From assembly GCF_018977255.1 (NCBI RefSeq), contig NW_024704742.1, positions 83,516,001 through 83,580,000 on the forward strand: a stretch of DNA of 64,000 nucleotides, written 5' to 3'. Within the stretch, counting starts at the first letter, position 1. Every line of letters begins with the position of its first letter. Shown here in pieces: positions 15,089 to 28,278 of the stretch. This DNA comes from Callorhinchus milii. Taxonomy: Eukaryota. Position numbers and translations under genes: made by a program. A model generated the notes under the pieces. That model was given only the letters and a program-made list of their open reading frames with translations. It searched no databases and was not told the DNA's origin.

Positions 15089-18000
15089 CTGGAAATGAAA
15101 CAGCAAAACATCACTCAGCCACCTCAATTCTGGATTCTGATTCCATGCCTCCTTTCCCCAGAGGTTAAAAACATTTTACAGAATGTTTAAATGCAGCATT
15201 ATATTTAACAATAGAAAAGTAAGACTACAGTGTGAATATTTTCATATTTGCTTCACAAAAAACACTTTAATTGTTCAAGTGTTAAATAGAGTAATGGCAA
15301 TTAGAAAATGTAACTGTCCTTCCTACTCCACATCCAGTTCCTGACCAGGAATGCTTTCCTCCACCTCTGCCACATCGCATACCTCACATCCAAAGTAGCT
15401 AAAACCCTTATCCACACATTCATCACCTCCATCTCAGATTTTCCAATGCCCTTCTCCCCAACTCCACCATTCATAAAATGCAATTACCAAACAGGTGTTT
15501 TCTTGGGAATATATCCATAGTGTTTTTTTCACAGCAACAATTTTTTTGGATGCAGGAAATGGAGTGACCAAAATCTTCAAGAATGGAAATGATTGGCCCT
15601 CCCTCCTCTCTTAGGAAAAGAGAGATCCGAAAATTTGAAGCGGTCAGGGAACTCTGGTAAGTAATGAAAATATGTTTGGAAGAACTAATGTGTGGTTGGT
15701 AGCTGCCAGGAAGACCTGCCAGTGGGAAGGTGGATCAGCAAGTCCAGGTCAAGACAAAAGAAATATAACACTAGCTTGAGCCGGTACAATATATGAATCT
15801 AAACAGGTTGCCCTAGACTGGAAACACCATTTGGCCCTAATCTTAACCTTATGTTCTACATCTCTGGTATCCACCCCCTTTTTAAAATATCAAGGCTATA
15901 AAATATGAAAGAGAGACATAAGCTTCTAGGCTAGTAGAAGCTCTTGCAACTGGCAAGGTAGATATCTGTCAGTTACAGAATGATTACTCAGAAACAGTGA
16001 GGATGATCAAGTTCAGTTATCCAAAGAAAAGAAAATTCGTTGATTGCACAGTACTGCTATGATTTTCACTTGAAAGCATGCCAAGTGATTTTAGTAGCAA
16101 GTGAATTTGTGCATTTCATAGGAAATATAATCTAAGATTTCAAATTCAATTCTGAAACATTTTAATACTACAAGACACAATAGTTTCCTTGCTGCTGCCA
16201 GAGAGGTAACAATACATCTGCGAGGCGCAAAAGCCCAATACCTGAGATATGGTTATTGATTAACCACAAAGATTAGGGCCAATTGGTGTTTCCAGTCTAG
16301 GGCAACCTGTTTAGATTCATGTATGATTAATATTCTGCAGACTTCTCTTGCTTTATGGATTGGGAATTACCTCTGCAGAATTTTTCCCTTCAATACAAGG
16401 TTTCATGACTAAAGGAATTTTTTTTATGATGTATGGAAAGAACAGATATGAAGAACTGAATTCCATATATCCTCGTGCTCTTTGTTTGACACAGACCAGA
16501 AGCTTCACTCAAAGGAGTAATAAATGGCTATTGTGGAAAATGTGAACACTCGCCTTGGTACTGCAGGAACAATGTTAACCCACATTTTTGAAGCAGAAAC
16601 AATTAATTATTTCTTTACTTCTGTCTGTCCTGTACATAACCTGGATGATTTGGTCTAAATGCAAGGTATCAAAATGGGAAAGGCATCCATCCCCCAAAAC
16701 ATGCAAGAACTTGCGTAGAAAATTCACCCCACACCCAAAAAAAACCTTGCGGAAGGAATGGCAGAGAAAATAACAAATCCACAATGCTTTTAAGATTGCG
16801 CTGATCAGTGGATCATCTATTGTTTGAATCAAATGACAAATTAAGAAATTCAAGTGGTATATTAAACTACCAGAGCTAATCACAGAGATATTATTTAAAA
16901 TAAAGTCAAATAAGAATATGGACAATCTAAAGCACACTTGTAATTTGTAGCATACACTTGTCCACAACCTAGAAGGTTATGCTGATAGACTTAGTTGAGG
17001 AAGGGCAGGAGGAGGCTCATGTGGAGCATAAACGCTGGCATAGACCAGTTGGGCCAAATGGCCTGTTTCTGTGCTGTATATTCTGTGTAATTCTATGTAA
17101 CATTATCTTTCATTGCTCAATAAAAATGCTATCATATTCCGCAAAGCAAACACAAACCAAATGGGTCAGCATGGATACTATTAAGAGAAATTACCAAGAA
17201 TGCTGGCAGCAACTTAGAAAAAGATCTTCTTCCATCTGGTTCATCAAATGCTGCAAATTAGTAAAATTATTTACTATTAGTCTTCTTTAGCTCGCATCAT
17301 AACTCATCTACGCATCAGATATATATTCATGAAACTTCTTTACCATACAACAGGATGTAAAGTATGGTAAGGAAATAAATTGCTTTCTGGATAAAAAAAT
17401 AAATTTAAATAAATTGAACTTTGCCTACAAAATATAAGCTCAATTCACTTTACAGCATATTCTGTAAAGTGCTTTGAGACATCTCAACAATGTGATAAAG
17501 CGCTATATCAAATGCAAAGGTTATTATTATTATTAAAGGAGCAAAACACCAATCAAATACAGCAAGAAACTCCTTGAACTATATTTAACATGTTTATAAA
17601 CCATTTTGGCATTGTGAAGCGCTCCAAAATGTTATCAATAACAAGATTACATTTGTATAGCGCCTTTCACGTTGGGAGGACGTCCCAAGGCGCTGGACAG
17701 AGTACAGCATTTCATATCCTATATGAAGGGCATTTTAAAACTGCAAGTTGTTGTTGTTTGGGAATCGAGAGATTTCAATCCTTAAAAATCTTTTCTTGCC
17801 TGATAAATCAAAGAATAGTTCAGTTGAAACTGTTAAGATCACCCTGAAATTGGTGTGCACAATATATTTTAAGTCTGAAGGCTGCTGCAATGACTGCTGT
17901 TGTCCAGTCATTGATCACTTCCAAGCATCAAGAATGTGGCTTGGATTAAACATTCATTTCATAAACTCTGTAGTTTGATGTGGTCAACTCTTACTGCTGA

Positions 18001-21000
18001 GCAATCTCCAATTCCTCAGCAGTAAAGTTCTAATTTATTTCTTTATTGAAATACTGATAAATCTGCGATGATAAAATTACACTCAAGAAAAATATTAGCA
18101 GAAGGAGCTTATATTTCAGTGCTATGTTCGGAAGATTAAATCTGGTTTGAATTTTTAGGTCCACAGCATTTACACTGAAAGTATTTCTAATTCCATGTTC
18201 TTAGAAGGAACTAAAGCTCCACCAAACTACCAACTGAGGAAATGCACTTTCAGTGAATACCGACAAATGCCTATGCAAGGCACACAGAATCATGGCACTT
18301 GATTCAGTCCCTTCAAGATCTATAAATTACAATAGTGACTGTGATAAATCATTGTAATAAGAACCGATTAAAAATTAACCCTTTTTGTGCATATCACTAT
18401 AAATCAAGGTCTAATTGTTCAATGATAGTAGAAGTACTAGTTCAACATCTTGTCTTCTCTTCAGCGCCTTGGGATGTCCTCCTGACGTGAAAGGCGCTTT
18501 ATAAATGGAATCTTGTTGTTGTCGTTGTTGTTGTCTTGCAAAGCTGGTGCACTGATCTTGTATGGGCAGCTTCATAGCAATGTGCAAAAGGCTGCGTGGA
18601 AGTTAGTGAGCTCTGTGAGCGCTTCTGTGGAAAGACCCACGAAACCAACATCCGAATGTCAGGTTTTTCAAGATTAACAACTTGAAAAACCTGAAGGTCA
18701 GACCATTAGCCACCAGCAAAACTTTAAACTTTAAATACAAATATAAAATATGGCTTCTGCAATGGCTGCAGATTTGGCGCTCAAACAAATTGCACCAAAC
18801 TGGTACAGAGTATGTAGTATAACAGCAATTTTATTTTTTATGTACATATATACTATATATATGTATATATACACCATGTGCAATGTCACCAGACATCAAG
18901 AGGTCTTTCTAGAAGATTACAAGAGGTCTTTCTGAACTCTAGAGGTGACTGCTTTAGATGAACAACAAGTGATCAGATCGACGATCAGATCGATGGGAGG
19001 CAAGGCTAACACTGACACCATTTACCTAGTTGCATTTTTGATTATTTTTAAGAATGTAGGAAAGGGACAAAGGTTATTTGTGCATAAATACAAAAGTATG
19101 GTCTGGAGAGGAGGCAGAACCAGCAAGGAGGAAAAATGGGTAAAATATGGCCTGATGGGCTTCACACAGGACTTAAAACACAAAAGATTTATTAAGTCGG
19201 TTGTTGAGGCACAGGGCTCCTCTACTGGAAGGTTGAACAAAGCCAAAATGTTTTTTCAATAGAGGGTAGCAAAATATGAAAGGCGGAATGAATGAGAAGA
19301 AGAATACTGAAACAGGCCTCGAAGCAGATCACTTGCGCTTTCAGACATGAGGGCCACTTGATACAGGGAAACAAAACATATAAAGCAGTGGAGCTCCCTA
19401 AAAAGTTCAAGTGGTCTGTGCTTTAACTAAGCAGGGAGAACTTCAAGGGAACAGGATGTGCTGCTGAGGAAAGGGAGTTTGTCAGAAAAATTCAGCTACA
19501 GCAGGTTGATTAAAGGCCAACAGCTTAGATTTGCACAGAAGGTACAGCAGGGAAACCGACCATTCAGCCCAACGAACCGGTGTCTATTCTCCACTCCTTA
19601 CTCCCTCCCTTACCCTTCTATTACTTTCTCCCTTATGTGTATATCTGTCTTGTTCTTAAATGCATCTCCACCTTGAATATCTTTGTTCAAATGTAACAAA
19701 GTACATGTAGAGAGAAGATTGTGCCCCTCAATGCTTAAATGGAAAGAAGAAAATGAGGGGGAAATTGAAAATAAATCACAAGACAGAACTCGATGTGCAA
19801 TCCAAGCTTGAAAAATCTGCACACAATGAGGCTCCAACTCCAAGGTTGCAGATTTTGTTAAAACAATCAATGCTGAAAATGTAGACTTATTCTGAATCTA
19901 TCGTGGTACGCATGACTTGGAGGACTCAATACAATCACTGAGTATCGAAAAATGAGAAACAATAGTGTGGTAACTTTGCATCTACCTAAATCACAAGGCA
20001 GAAGGAACCTATCATACAATTATAAATGGGCTAATGACGTGGAAATGAATTATTACCATCAAGAGCCGCACAGATATTAGGTGAATCTGCTGAATTATGT
20101 ACCATGCATGCATAGCTTCTAATTTCAGACAGGAATGTTATCCTGAGCATATGATGGCAACAGTAATAGCTTTTAAGTAGGTATCAGGGTTCGAAGAAAA
20201 GTAGGAAATCCAGTTGAATCCACGACTGTTTGAGGGACACTGCTGTGCACAATTGGCTGCCATGTTTCGCCTACAAAATACACAGTCAATCCACTTTGCA
20301 ACATATTCTGTGAAACGCTATGATGCTTCTCAATGGCGCGATAAGATGCTATATCAAATGCCGGGAATTAGAGAGAAAGAAAGAAACACACACACCAAGA
20401 AAGAGGTAGAGAGAGAGGCACACAACATTGTCCACACCGTTCCCATATTTGCAATCCTCACTGTCCTAATTAGTGCACATATCAGCCTCTTTAGTGTATT
20501 TATAAAAGCTTTAATTCAGGTTGGCAAAAATATAATAAAATCCTCGGTAAAATGAATCCCCAAGGAAACTAAATCCACTACAAAATAAATCTATATCTAG
20601 TAATTGGATTAAGTATTAAGTATTAACGGGGAAGAGTCCCAATGTCGGTGAGCAAGATTAGACACAATTAAAATGCTAGCTTGTAAGGATTACAAACACA
20701 GTTTATTTCCCAAGAGTCAATTCTGCATTTCGCAAAGAGAAAGAGTGGATTTATTTGGATGAAGAAAAATCTCCAATCTACATTGTAGACTTAAAATATC
20801 AGCAAAAAAGGAGAGCTTCAAGCTAAGCAAGTCATTTGGCATTTCCAGCAAAGCAAATTTTCCACTAGTTATGTCCAGCATAGTCCTATTTCAGTTTACA
20901 AGATAATCTAGAAGCAAGTATTCTTTTTCAATGTCTGACAAATTCCAGAGAATGCTGCAAATACTGTGATTGAAAATGTTACGCTTATAATTCCAATAGA

Positions 21001-22784
21001 TAAACTTAATGCAAGACAAAACAATTCATAGTAAGTTGAGACAAAATATTACCTAGTCCTAGTGCACCCCATTCTTTGAATGTAATTCAACCTCCACACA
21101 GCAATTGTTAACCCATCACACACAAGACGAAAAAACATACATGTATACGCTTTCATTAAATATTTGGTACCATATATTATAACAATAATAATCCTTGAAT
21201 TTGATATAGTGCCTTATCACGTCTTCTAGACGTCACAAAGTGCTTCACAGAATATACTGTAAAGTGAATTGACTGTATATTTTGTGGGTGAAATTTGGCA
21301 GCCAATTGCGCACAGCAGTGTCCCACAAACAGTCATGGATTGAGTGACCAAATTCACTCCCCACACACCCCCCACCCTCCCCCCACGCATCTTCCCACCG
21401 ACCTCCCAGCAGCTCCTGGTTCTGTGTCCTCCCGGCCTGCGGCAGTTCCATGGTAACCGTCACTCGGTTATTCACAAATAAAGTAAGCCTTGTGCACACA
21501 TCAAGTTTAAGTTTAATTCAGTCAGACGATGAGCTATGACAAGAGACAAGGGGAAGAGCTTTATAAGAGAAATTAAAAACATATGGTCTTTCTCCACTTC
21601 CAATACGTATGGGGCCTCATTCTAGAAGCTATCAGCTCTTTCATAAGGAAACAGCAGGACTGTCGACTACCAAGTTGAATCAACTGGGAATTATATTTAG
21701 CTCTCATTGACCGTAGACCTATTTGGTCTGATCTGACAGCAATTAGCTCTCAGGTTCCCATTAAACATTCTATCAAATCTCAATCTACTTCCTACTGGAT
21801 ATATGGCTGTAGTTCTGCCCATAACTTAACACTAATTGGCACTAATTTGGCTACTTAGCTCAGAGAGGCCGAAAAGATGTATATTAGGGGAATTAGAGTG
21901 AAAAATCATACCGGTGCCGTATTAAATTGTCACTTCTGAAGTGACATTTGGATTTATTTTAAAGATACGACTAGCTGACTGATGTGCTGCATCTGACCCA
22001 ACCAACGTTTGCTGGTAGAGTACAATACCACTTTTAAGTTGTTCAATGAGTGAAGATAGCAACTGGAAATTGGAGTACAACAACAACAAGATTATATTTG
22101 TATAGGGCCTTTCACGTCGGGAGGACGTCTCAAGGCCCTGAGTAGTGCTCAAATCAAGCTTACTGCAAAGACACTGGGGTTTAAAAGGTTGCAAAATAAT
22201 AATAACCCTTATAGCGCCTTAACATGTCAATTGAGATGCCTCAAAGTGTTTCACAGGATTTATTGTAGTATTTGCAGCAAACACAGCAGCCAATTTGCGC
22301 ACATTCTTCTCATAATGAATTGAATGACCAATTTTGTCTCAGGGATCGTTGGCCAGGAACGAGAGAAACTCCCTTTACATATTCGAATCGTGCCTTGGGA
22401 TCTTTAACATCTACCTAAACAGGAAGAAGGAACCTTCGTTTAAAGTCTCATCCGAAAGATAGTACCTTCAACAATGAGGCACACCCCCAGCAACGCAAAA
22501 TAATTAATAATGAGCAAAACCTAAATGGAACTTTGATTAGATATTGACTTCATTGATGTTGAGCAGGTCGTCATTATACATCCAAGATTTTCTGGAAAAT
22601 CCTTTTGACTTTCCATTTTAGACTCCAATGATACAGATCCAGGGACAAGCAAGGTGAGATACAAGGTACAGAAGTACATGTAATTAGAATGAGAGTATTC
22701 CTCGAATGCATAAAACCAGCAGTAAATGCAGGTTTATAGACCTGAAGATCATATGTACCTTCTTACTTCTGTGACCTGCTAACT

Positions 22785-23100
22785 CCAAATCGACCTGCCC
22801 ACTACCTCCGCTCAGCAGGCTCTGGCCTGCTCCACGTACCCTGCCCGACCCAACCCACTTCAGCCTCTACCCCTACCCTTTGGAACTCCATCTCAAAATA
22901 CCTTCGTCATGCTGCCTCTCTTGCCTCCTTCAAGGCACGTCTCAAGACCCTCCTCTTTGATGGCACCTTCAGCCATCCTCCTACCCCTCCCTGCCTTACA
23001 CCCTCCCCAATCCCAACCTCCCTGTTCAGGTCAAAATCCCTGACTGTTCAGTGCCGTGGGACGTCCTCCTGATGTGAAAGGGCTACACAGATGTAATTTA
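22785..23100 (+). mobile_element. L2 LINE 3' fragment
   Basis: Similar to 32640-32940 and to the 3' end of the nested L2. Confidence 0.8.
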
Positions 23101-23459
23101 TACAATTGATTCCCAGTCTGAACTGAGTTAACAAATCACAGCTGGGGGAATCAGATGGACTGTTACAAAGAACCTCAACACCTGATGGTTTGAGCGAACA
23201 AAAAAATGATTTGCTAGAAAGTAAATATGTATGAATGTCGGGTGACGAGAGAATTGGCTCAACCTCAACACAATCAAATAATTTGTCAATAAAGTGTCCA
23301 GGCTCATATATGAAGAGTGACCACTTGGAGTGTAACACCAGCAGGGTGCTGGCACAAGTGGAACCATACCACAGCAAGAGCTGACACTTCAGAAGGAGGA
23401 TCAGTTAAAAAAAATGACAGTCACACCTTAATAATTACAGTACTTATGTTTTCTTAATT

Positions 23460-24427
23460 CAACAAGAACAACTTGGATTTATATAGCGCCCTCCACGCCG
23501 GACGGCGTCTCAGAGCGCTTTACAGTAACGGATCCCAGGCCCGAGCCAGGGGGAGGGGGAGGAAGGTGACCAAAGGCGCGGTCGAAAAGAAAGGTCTTCA
23601 GCAGAGACCTGAAAATGGGAAGGGATGGAACGAGACGAAGGAAGTGAGGAAGGGAGTTCCAGAGCCTCGGGGCATAGTGGCTGAAGACACGGCCGCCGAG
23701 GGTGGAGAGGAGGACTCGAGGGACGAGGAGGAGGCCAGACCCGGAGGAACTAAGGCAACGGGTACCATTTTGAGGAGAGAGGAGGTCAGAGAGGTAGGGG
23801 GGTGAAGAGGAGTGCAGGGACTTGAATACAAGGGTGAGGATCTTGAAGTCGATCCTCTCTGGGACAGGCAGCCAGTGCAGTCTGGCAAGGACTGGGGTGA
23901 TCGGGGAGCGGAGTTTCGTGCGGGTGAGAATGCGGGCGGCAGAGTTTTGAATGATTTGGATTTTATGGATAGTGATGGATGGGAGACCGGCGAGGAGGGC
24001 GTTAGAATAGTCCAGCTGAGAGGTGACAAATGCATGGACCAGGGTTTCAGCGGCTTTTGGGGAGAGGTATTGGTGGAGACGGGCGATGCGTCGGAGGTGG
24101 AAGAAAGTGGTGCTGGTGAGGGACCAGATGTGGGGGAAGAATGATAATTGGGGGTCGAACCTGATGCCTAGGCTGCGTACGGGATTGGAGAGTTTTAGGG
24201 GAAGGTTGGGTAGGTGGAGGAGGTGAGAGCCGTGAGATTTTAGACGTTGACGAGGGCCAAAGAGTATGGCTTCCATCTTGTCAACGTTCAGATGAAGGAA
24301 CATTGTGCTCATCCAGCTCCTGAGATCTGGCAGGCAGGCTGACAGAACATCAGGGGACTGGAGGTCGTAAAGAGAGGTGGTAAAGTAGAGTTGGGTGTCA
24401 TCTGCATACATGTGGAAATGTACCTCA
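23460..24427 (-). mobile_element. L2 LINE 3' fragment, subfamily B
   Basis: 310-aa open frame from MYADDTQLY to the C-terminus; tail gcgctctgagacgccgtccggcgtggagggcgc plus TTG-type repeat. Confidence 0.92.
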
Positions 24428-25018
24428 ACAAAACCAACAACAACAAGATTGCATTTATAGAGCGCCTTTCACGTCAGGAGGACGTCCCAAGGCGCTGGAC
24501 AGTTGGGTCGGGACCCGAGGAGGGGGAACCGGTCAGGATGATGGAGGGAAGGGAGGGAGCGAGGAGGGGGTAGAGAGTCGAGAGGGGAGCTGAAGGCACG
24601 GTTGAAGAGAAAGGTCTTGAGACCGGCCTTGAAGGAGGAAAGGGAGGAGGCGGCGAAGGCACTGGGGGATAGAGTTCCAGAGCCTCGGGGCTGAGAGGCT
24701 GAAGGCCCGGCCACCGATGGTAGGGCGGTTGGGGCGGGGGATGTGGAGCAGACCGGAGCCAGAGGAACGGAGGGTACGGGCAGGTAGGTAGGGGGATAGT
24801 AGGTTGGAGAGGTAGGAGGGAGCAAGGCCGTGAATGGCCTTGTAGGTGAGGATGAGGATTTTGAATTCGATCCTCTGGGGGATGGGGAGCCAGTGGAGGC
24901 GAGCGAGGGTGGGAGTGATGTGGCCCCGAAGCCTGGTGCGGGACAGTACACGAGCTGCAGAGTTCTGAATGACCTGCAGCTTGTGGAGGGAGGTGCCGGG
25001 AAGGCCGACGAGGAGAGG
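24428..25018 (-). mobile_element. L2 LINE 3' fragment, subfamily A (near-identical to 58140-58724)
   Basis: Direct alignment to the nested L2: LHKLQVIQNSAARVLSRTR...; tail and TTG repeats. Confidence 0.93.
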
Positions 25019-25639
25019 AGGGAGCATGTAGATCAGAAAGAGGAGGCCAAGGATGGATCCTTGGGGTACACCGCAGGTAACCGGGTGAGAGTGGGAGGAG
25101 AAGCCGTTTGTGCAGATATGCATTGTGCATTTGTGTTATAATTCAAGATTATACTGGAAATCCTAGGGTATGGACTTCAGATATATGGTACCACACACAA
25201 ACATGGTTATTTGTCTACCAGGGCAAAAAATAACTAATTGACCCAAACAAACTGCACGGCTTCCTTATATTGTTATCTCCCTTTAAGCTCCTTTGTCCTG
25301 AAAATTAAATTGAAGAACAGGGAAGCTTTTATCTCATTTTCAAGATCCCTGACTACTTCAAACGTCAGTATTCCAAACTTAAAAAGTATTCAATAGGTAA
25401 ACAAAATACGATTGACAAGAGTTGTCCAGTATGCGTTCGTCTGCTGAAGTAATGAATCTATCTCTGGCAGCAGGAGTAAATTTTGTGCTCGCAAGTTGCA
25501 ATTATAGCCCGATTATATGATGAAATGGTTCTGCAAAATCTACGCCCATCAGCAGTACTTCACTCATGTAAAATCATATCATTCAGGAAAAAAATGTACG
25601 GGAATTACATGCAAACTACCGTTTCTGTTTAAAGTGGAT

Positions 25640-26012
25640 CGACTTCAAAATTCTCACACTTGTGCTCAAATCCCTTTACTCACTGGCACCTCCCGACCTC
25701 CTCATTCCTCAATCCACCACCCGGCGCCTCCACTCGACTGGCACCGGCCTCCTGCTCGTCCCTCGCACCCTCCGCCCCATCATCGAAAGTTGTGCTTTCA
25801 GCCATTACGCCCCAAAACTCTGGAACACTCTCCCTCAATCCCTCCACCTTGCCACCCCCCCCCTTTTTTAAGTCCCACCTGAAAACCTTCCTCTTCGACC
25901 GTGCTTATGGCCACCTCTCCCCACCCCAGCTCGGAGTCAGACTCCGCCACTGTTAAATGCTCTGAGTTGTTACCCTGCGTTGAGGGTGGTATATAAATGC
26001 AAGTTGTTGTTG
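25640..26012 (+). mobile_element. L2 LINE 3' fragment (subfamily B-like)
   Basis: AFSHYAPKLWN, FKSHLKTFLFDRAYG; tail ataaatgcaagttgttgttg. Confidence 0.85.
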
Positions 26013-27989
26013 CATTTGTGAATTCAAATGCTGAGAATTAACAACAACAAATTGCATTTATATGGTGCCTTTCGCGTCAGGAGGATGTCCCAAGGTGCTG
26101 GACAGATAAAGGAAAGCAAACCAGTTTCCAAAAGGCAAACCATTTCTTTCTAACAGATTTTCACGCAAATCGATCAGTCCCCCAGCAAATAGTCCTTTGA
26201 AGCAAACATGGCAATTAAAGTACAACTATCAAACAATATCATTTTCCTGCTTTGCTAAATTAACCGAAGAGAAGCTAGAAGTGCTCAAGTCTGCTATTTT
26301 CATACTTCAGCTGAGAGATACAAAGATAGAAACCAGAAATAAGGAAATACTGGTGTTATATTTAAAAGAGCATTAAAAAAGTTAACTCCATTTCAAAAAA
26401 GACAATCTGTACCCATTAGCTTAATCCAATTGCTGATACCAATAAGAGCTTCCAGGACAATTGCTGAATATTCTTGCCATTTCCTTTCATTCAATTAATC
26501 TTATTAGATGAGAAGCATGAAATTCCACAGCACAAGATCATATATTGTTCAGCGATGTGCCTACTGATAGCACAATAGCAACTGTGATCTATTGTTTTCA
26601 ATAGGGAGCCACGTTGTTATGTCGGCATTTAATCATCTCATTTTACTTTCACACAGTGCAGCAATTCACCAGATTGTGTCTAACCATTCTCCCTAAATAA
26701 GTTTCTTCTCTCTCCCTTCTCTCTTCAAGGAATTTTATTTTTTCTATTCCTCTAACTCTGTAGTTCTAATAGGTTTCCTCAGTTCCCTGACCATCTCTCC
26801 TTGAATTTTGGACCCTTTTTCTGGGCACCCCATTTCCAAGAGAAATTGGAAATGGGCTGCCCAGAAAAAGGTTCCAAAGTTGTCGTTGCACATTGCAAAT
26901 TGTCAACCCACAAACTTCTCCCTGCCAGTACCCACTGCAAATTTGCATGAAACATGGACTTCAAATACACGCACAAATATTCCCAGTTACAGATATAATT
27001 GAACTTCGTTGGTGCCTAAAATTAACATACAAGATTCTTACAAAATAAAATAAAATAAAACAAAATTGCTTGTGTATTTTGAGGGAAGGCGGAAATGAGC
27101 TTACATACTAAAAAACTTCTTTTGATACATCACCATGTGAATTTTCATATTGCAATATTATAATATCCAGCAGATGGCAACGACGTATTACTATTAGGAT
27201 AGATTGGAATTCCATAAAATTGGGATTTGTCAGATTTGTCACGGCAGAGAAAAGATAACGTGATTTTTCAGTTTTTCTGTGACAAAACCCGCTTGTCCCG
27301 TACATTTCGCACAGTAACCCCGAGAGGGGCCGACACATACTCTCTCAAGGTAAACGCGGGAAATTCAAACTGTTCCTGCGAGGCTGTTGCACACAATCCA
27401 GTCGCTGCCCTGTCCCATTTGAATTGAAGTGGCTGGACCGTGTGCTCGCATATTCCAGCATCTCGCAAGATCACTGCAGGAAATTCAAACCATTCTCGTT
27501 CATGCTTGCACACAGCTCAGCCGCTGCCTGCACTCATAGGTATTTTTTTTTTCACGTCTCGGTTTTAAACGTTGGAAATATTGGGAGGTATTAAGAAGTG
27601 TACTTGAATATCCATATCCCCGACTTCTCCCAGAATTTCCTCATAAACCTGCAACATTCATTATTTACCATGACTGCGCTGTGGTTTTCGACAAAAAATG
27701 CTGTGCCAAATCTGCAGCCCTTCATTTAATAATCTACACTCCTTTCGGGAAGCAAAACAGATGATCAAAAAACACTCAAAGTGAATTTTCAATAAAAATA
27801 AATTCATAGTCTTATGAAAAAAATTGTGTTTCAAGAATCTTTAGTTACTCGTCACAACTTCTCTTATAAGATGCTGTATTCTGTGCTCTGAGGGAACCTT
27901 TACCTAAGCATTTTCTAGAAAACAAGCCTTTACGAATACTTTGCACAAAAAATCAGTAGAGATCAGATGTTAAACACAGCATCAATTAA

Positions 27990-28278
27990 GGAGTCCTGTA
28001 GCTCAGTGGTTAGAGCATTCGCTTTGCAAGTGAGAGACCTGGGTTCAATTCCAGGCAGCGCGAAACCTTGGGCAAGTTTCCTTTCTCCTCACAGAGCCTA
28101 ATAATAATCAGTCCATTTTCAATCTACGACTGTTTGTGGGACATTGTGTGCGCAATTGGCTGCCGCGTTCGCCCACAAATATACAGTCAATTCACTTTAC
28201 AGTGTATTCTGTGAAGCGCTTTGGGACATCCTCCCAACGTGAAAGCGCTATATCAAATGCAAGGATTATTAGTATTAT
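27990..28278 (+). mobile_element. tRNA-derived SINE, full length
   Basis: A box tagctcagtgg, B box ggttcaattcc, body gcgcaattggctgcc, L2-like stem-loop tail, (TTA)n. Confidence 0.9.

Noticed and set aside
18764..27719. Inverted 15-mer ggctgcagatttggc (18764-18778 and 27705-27719) as TIRs of a 9-kb element
   Set aside because: A few 15-mer matches are expected by chance in 64 kb; no TSD or transposase.
27990..28060. tRNA-Ala(UGC)-like genes at the SINE heads
   Set aside because: A/B boxes and an anticodon-like stem are present, but there is no closed acceptor stem or terminator and each head runs into a SINE body and tail.
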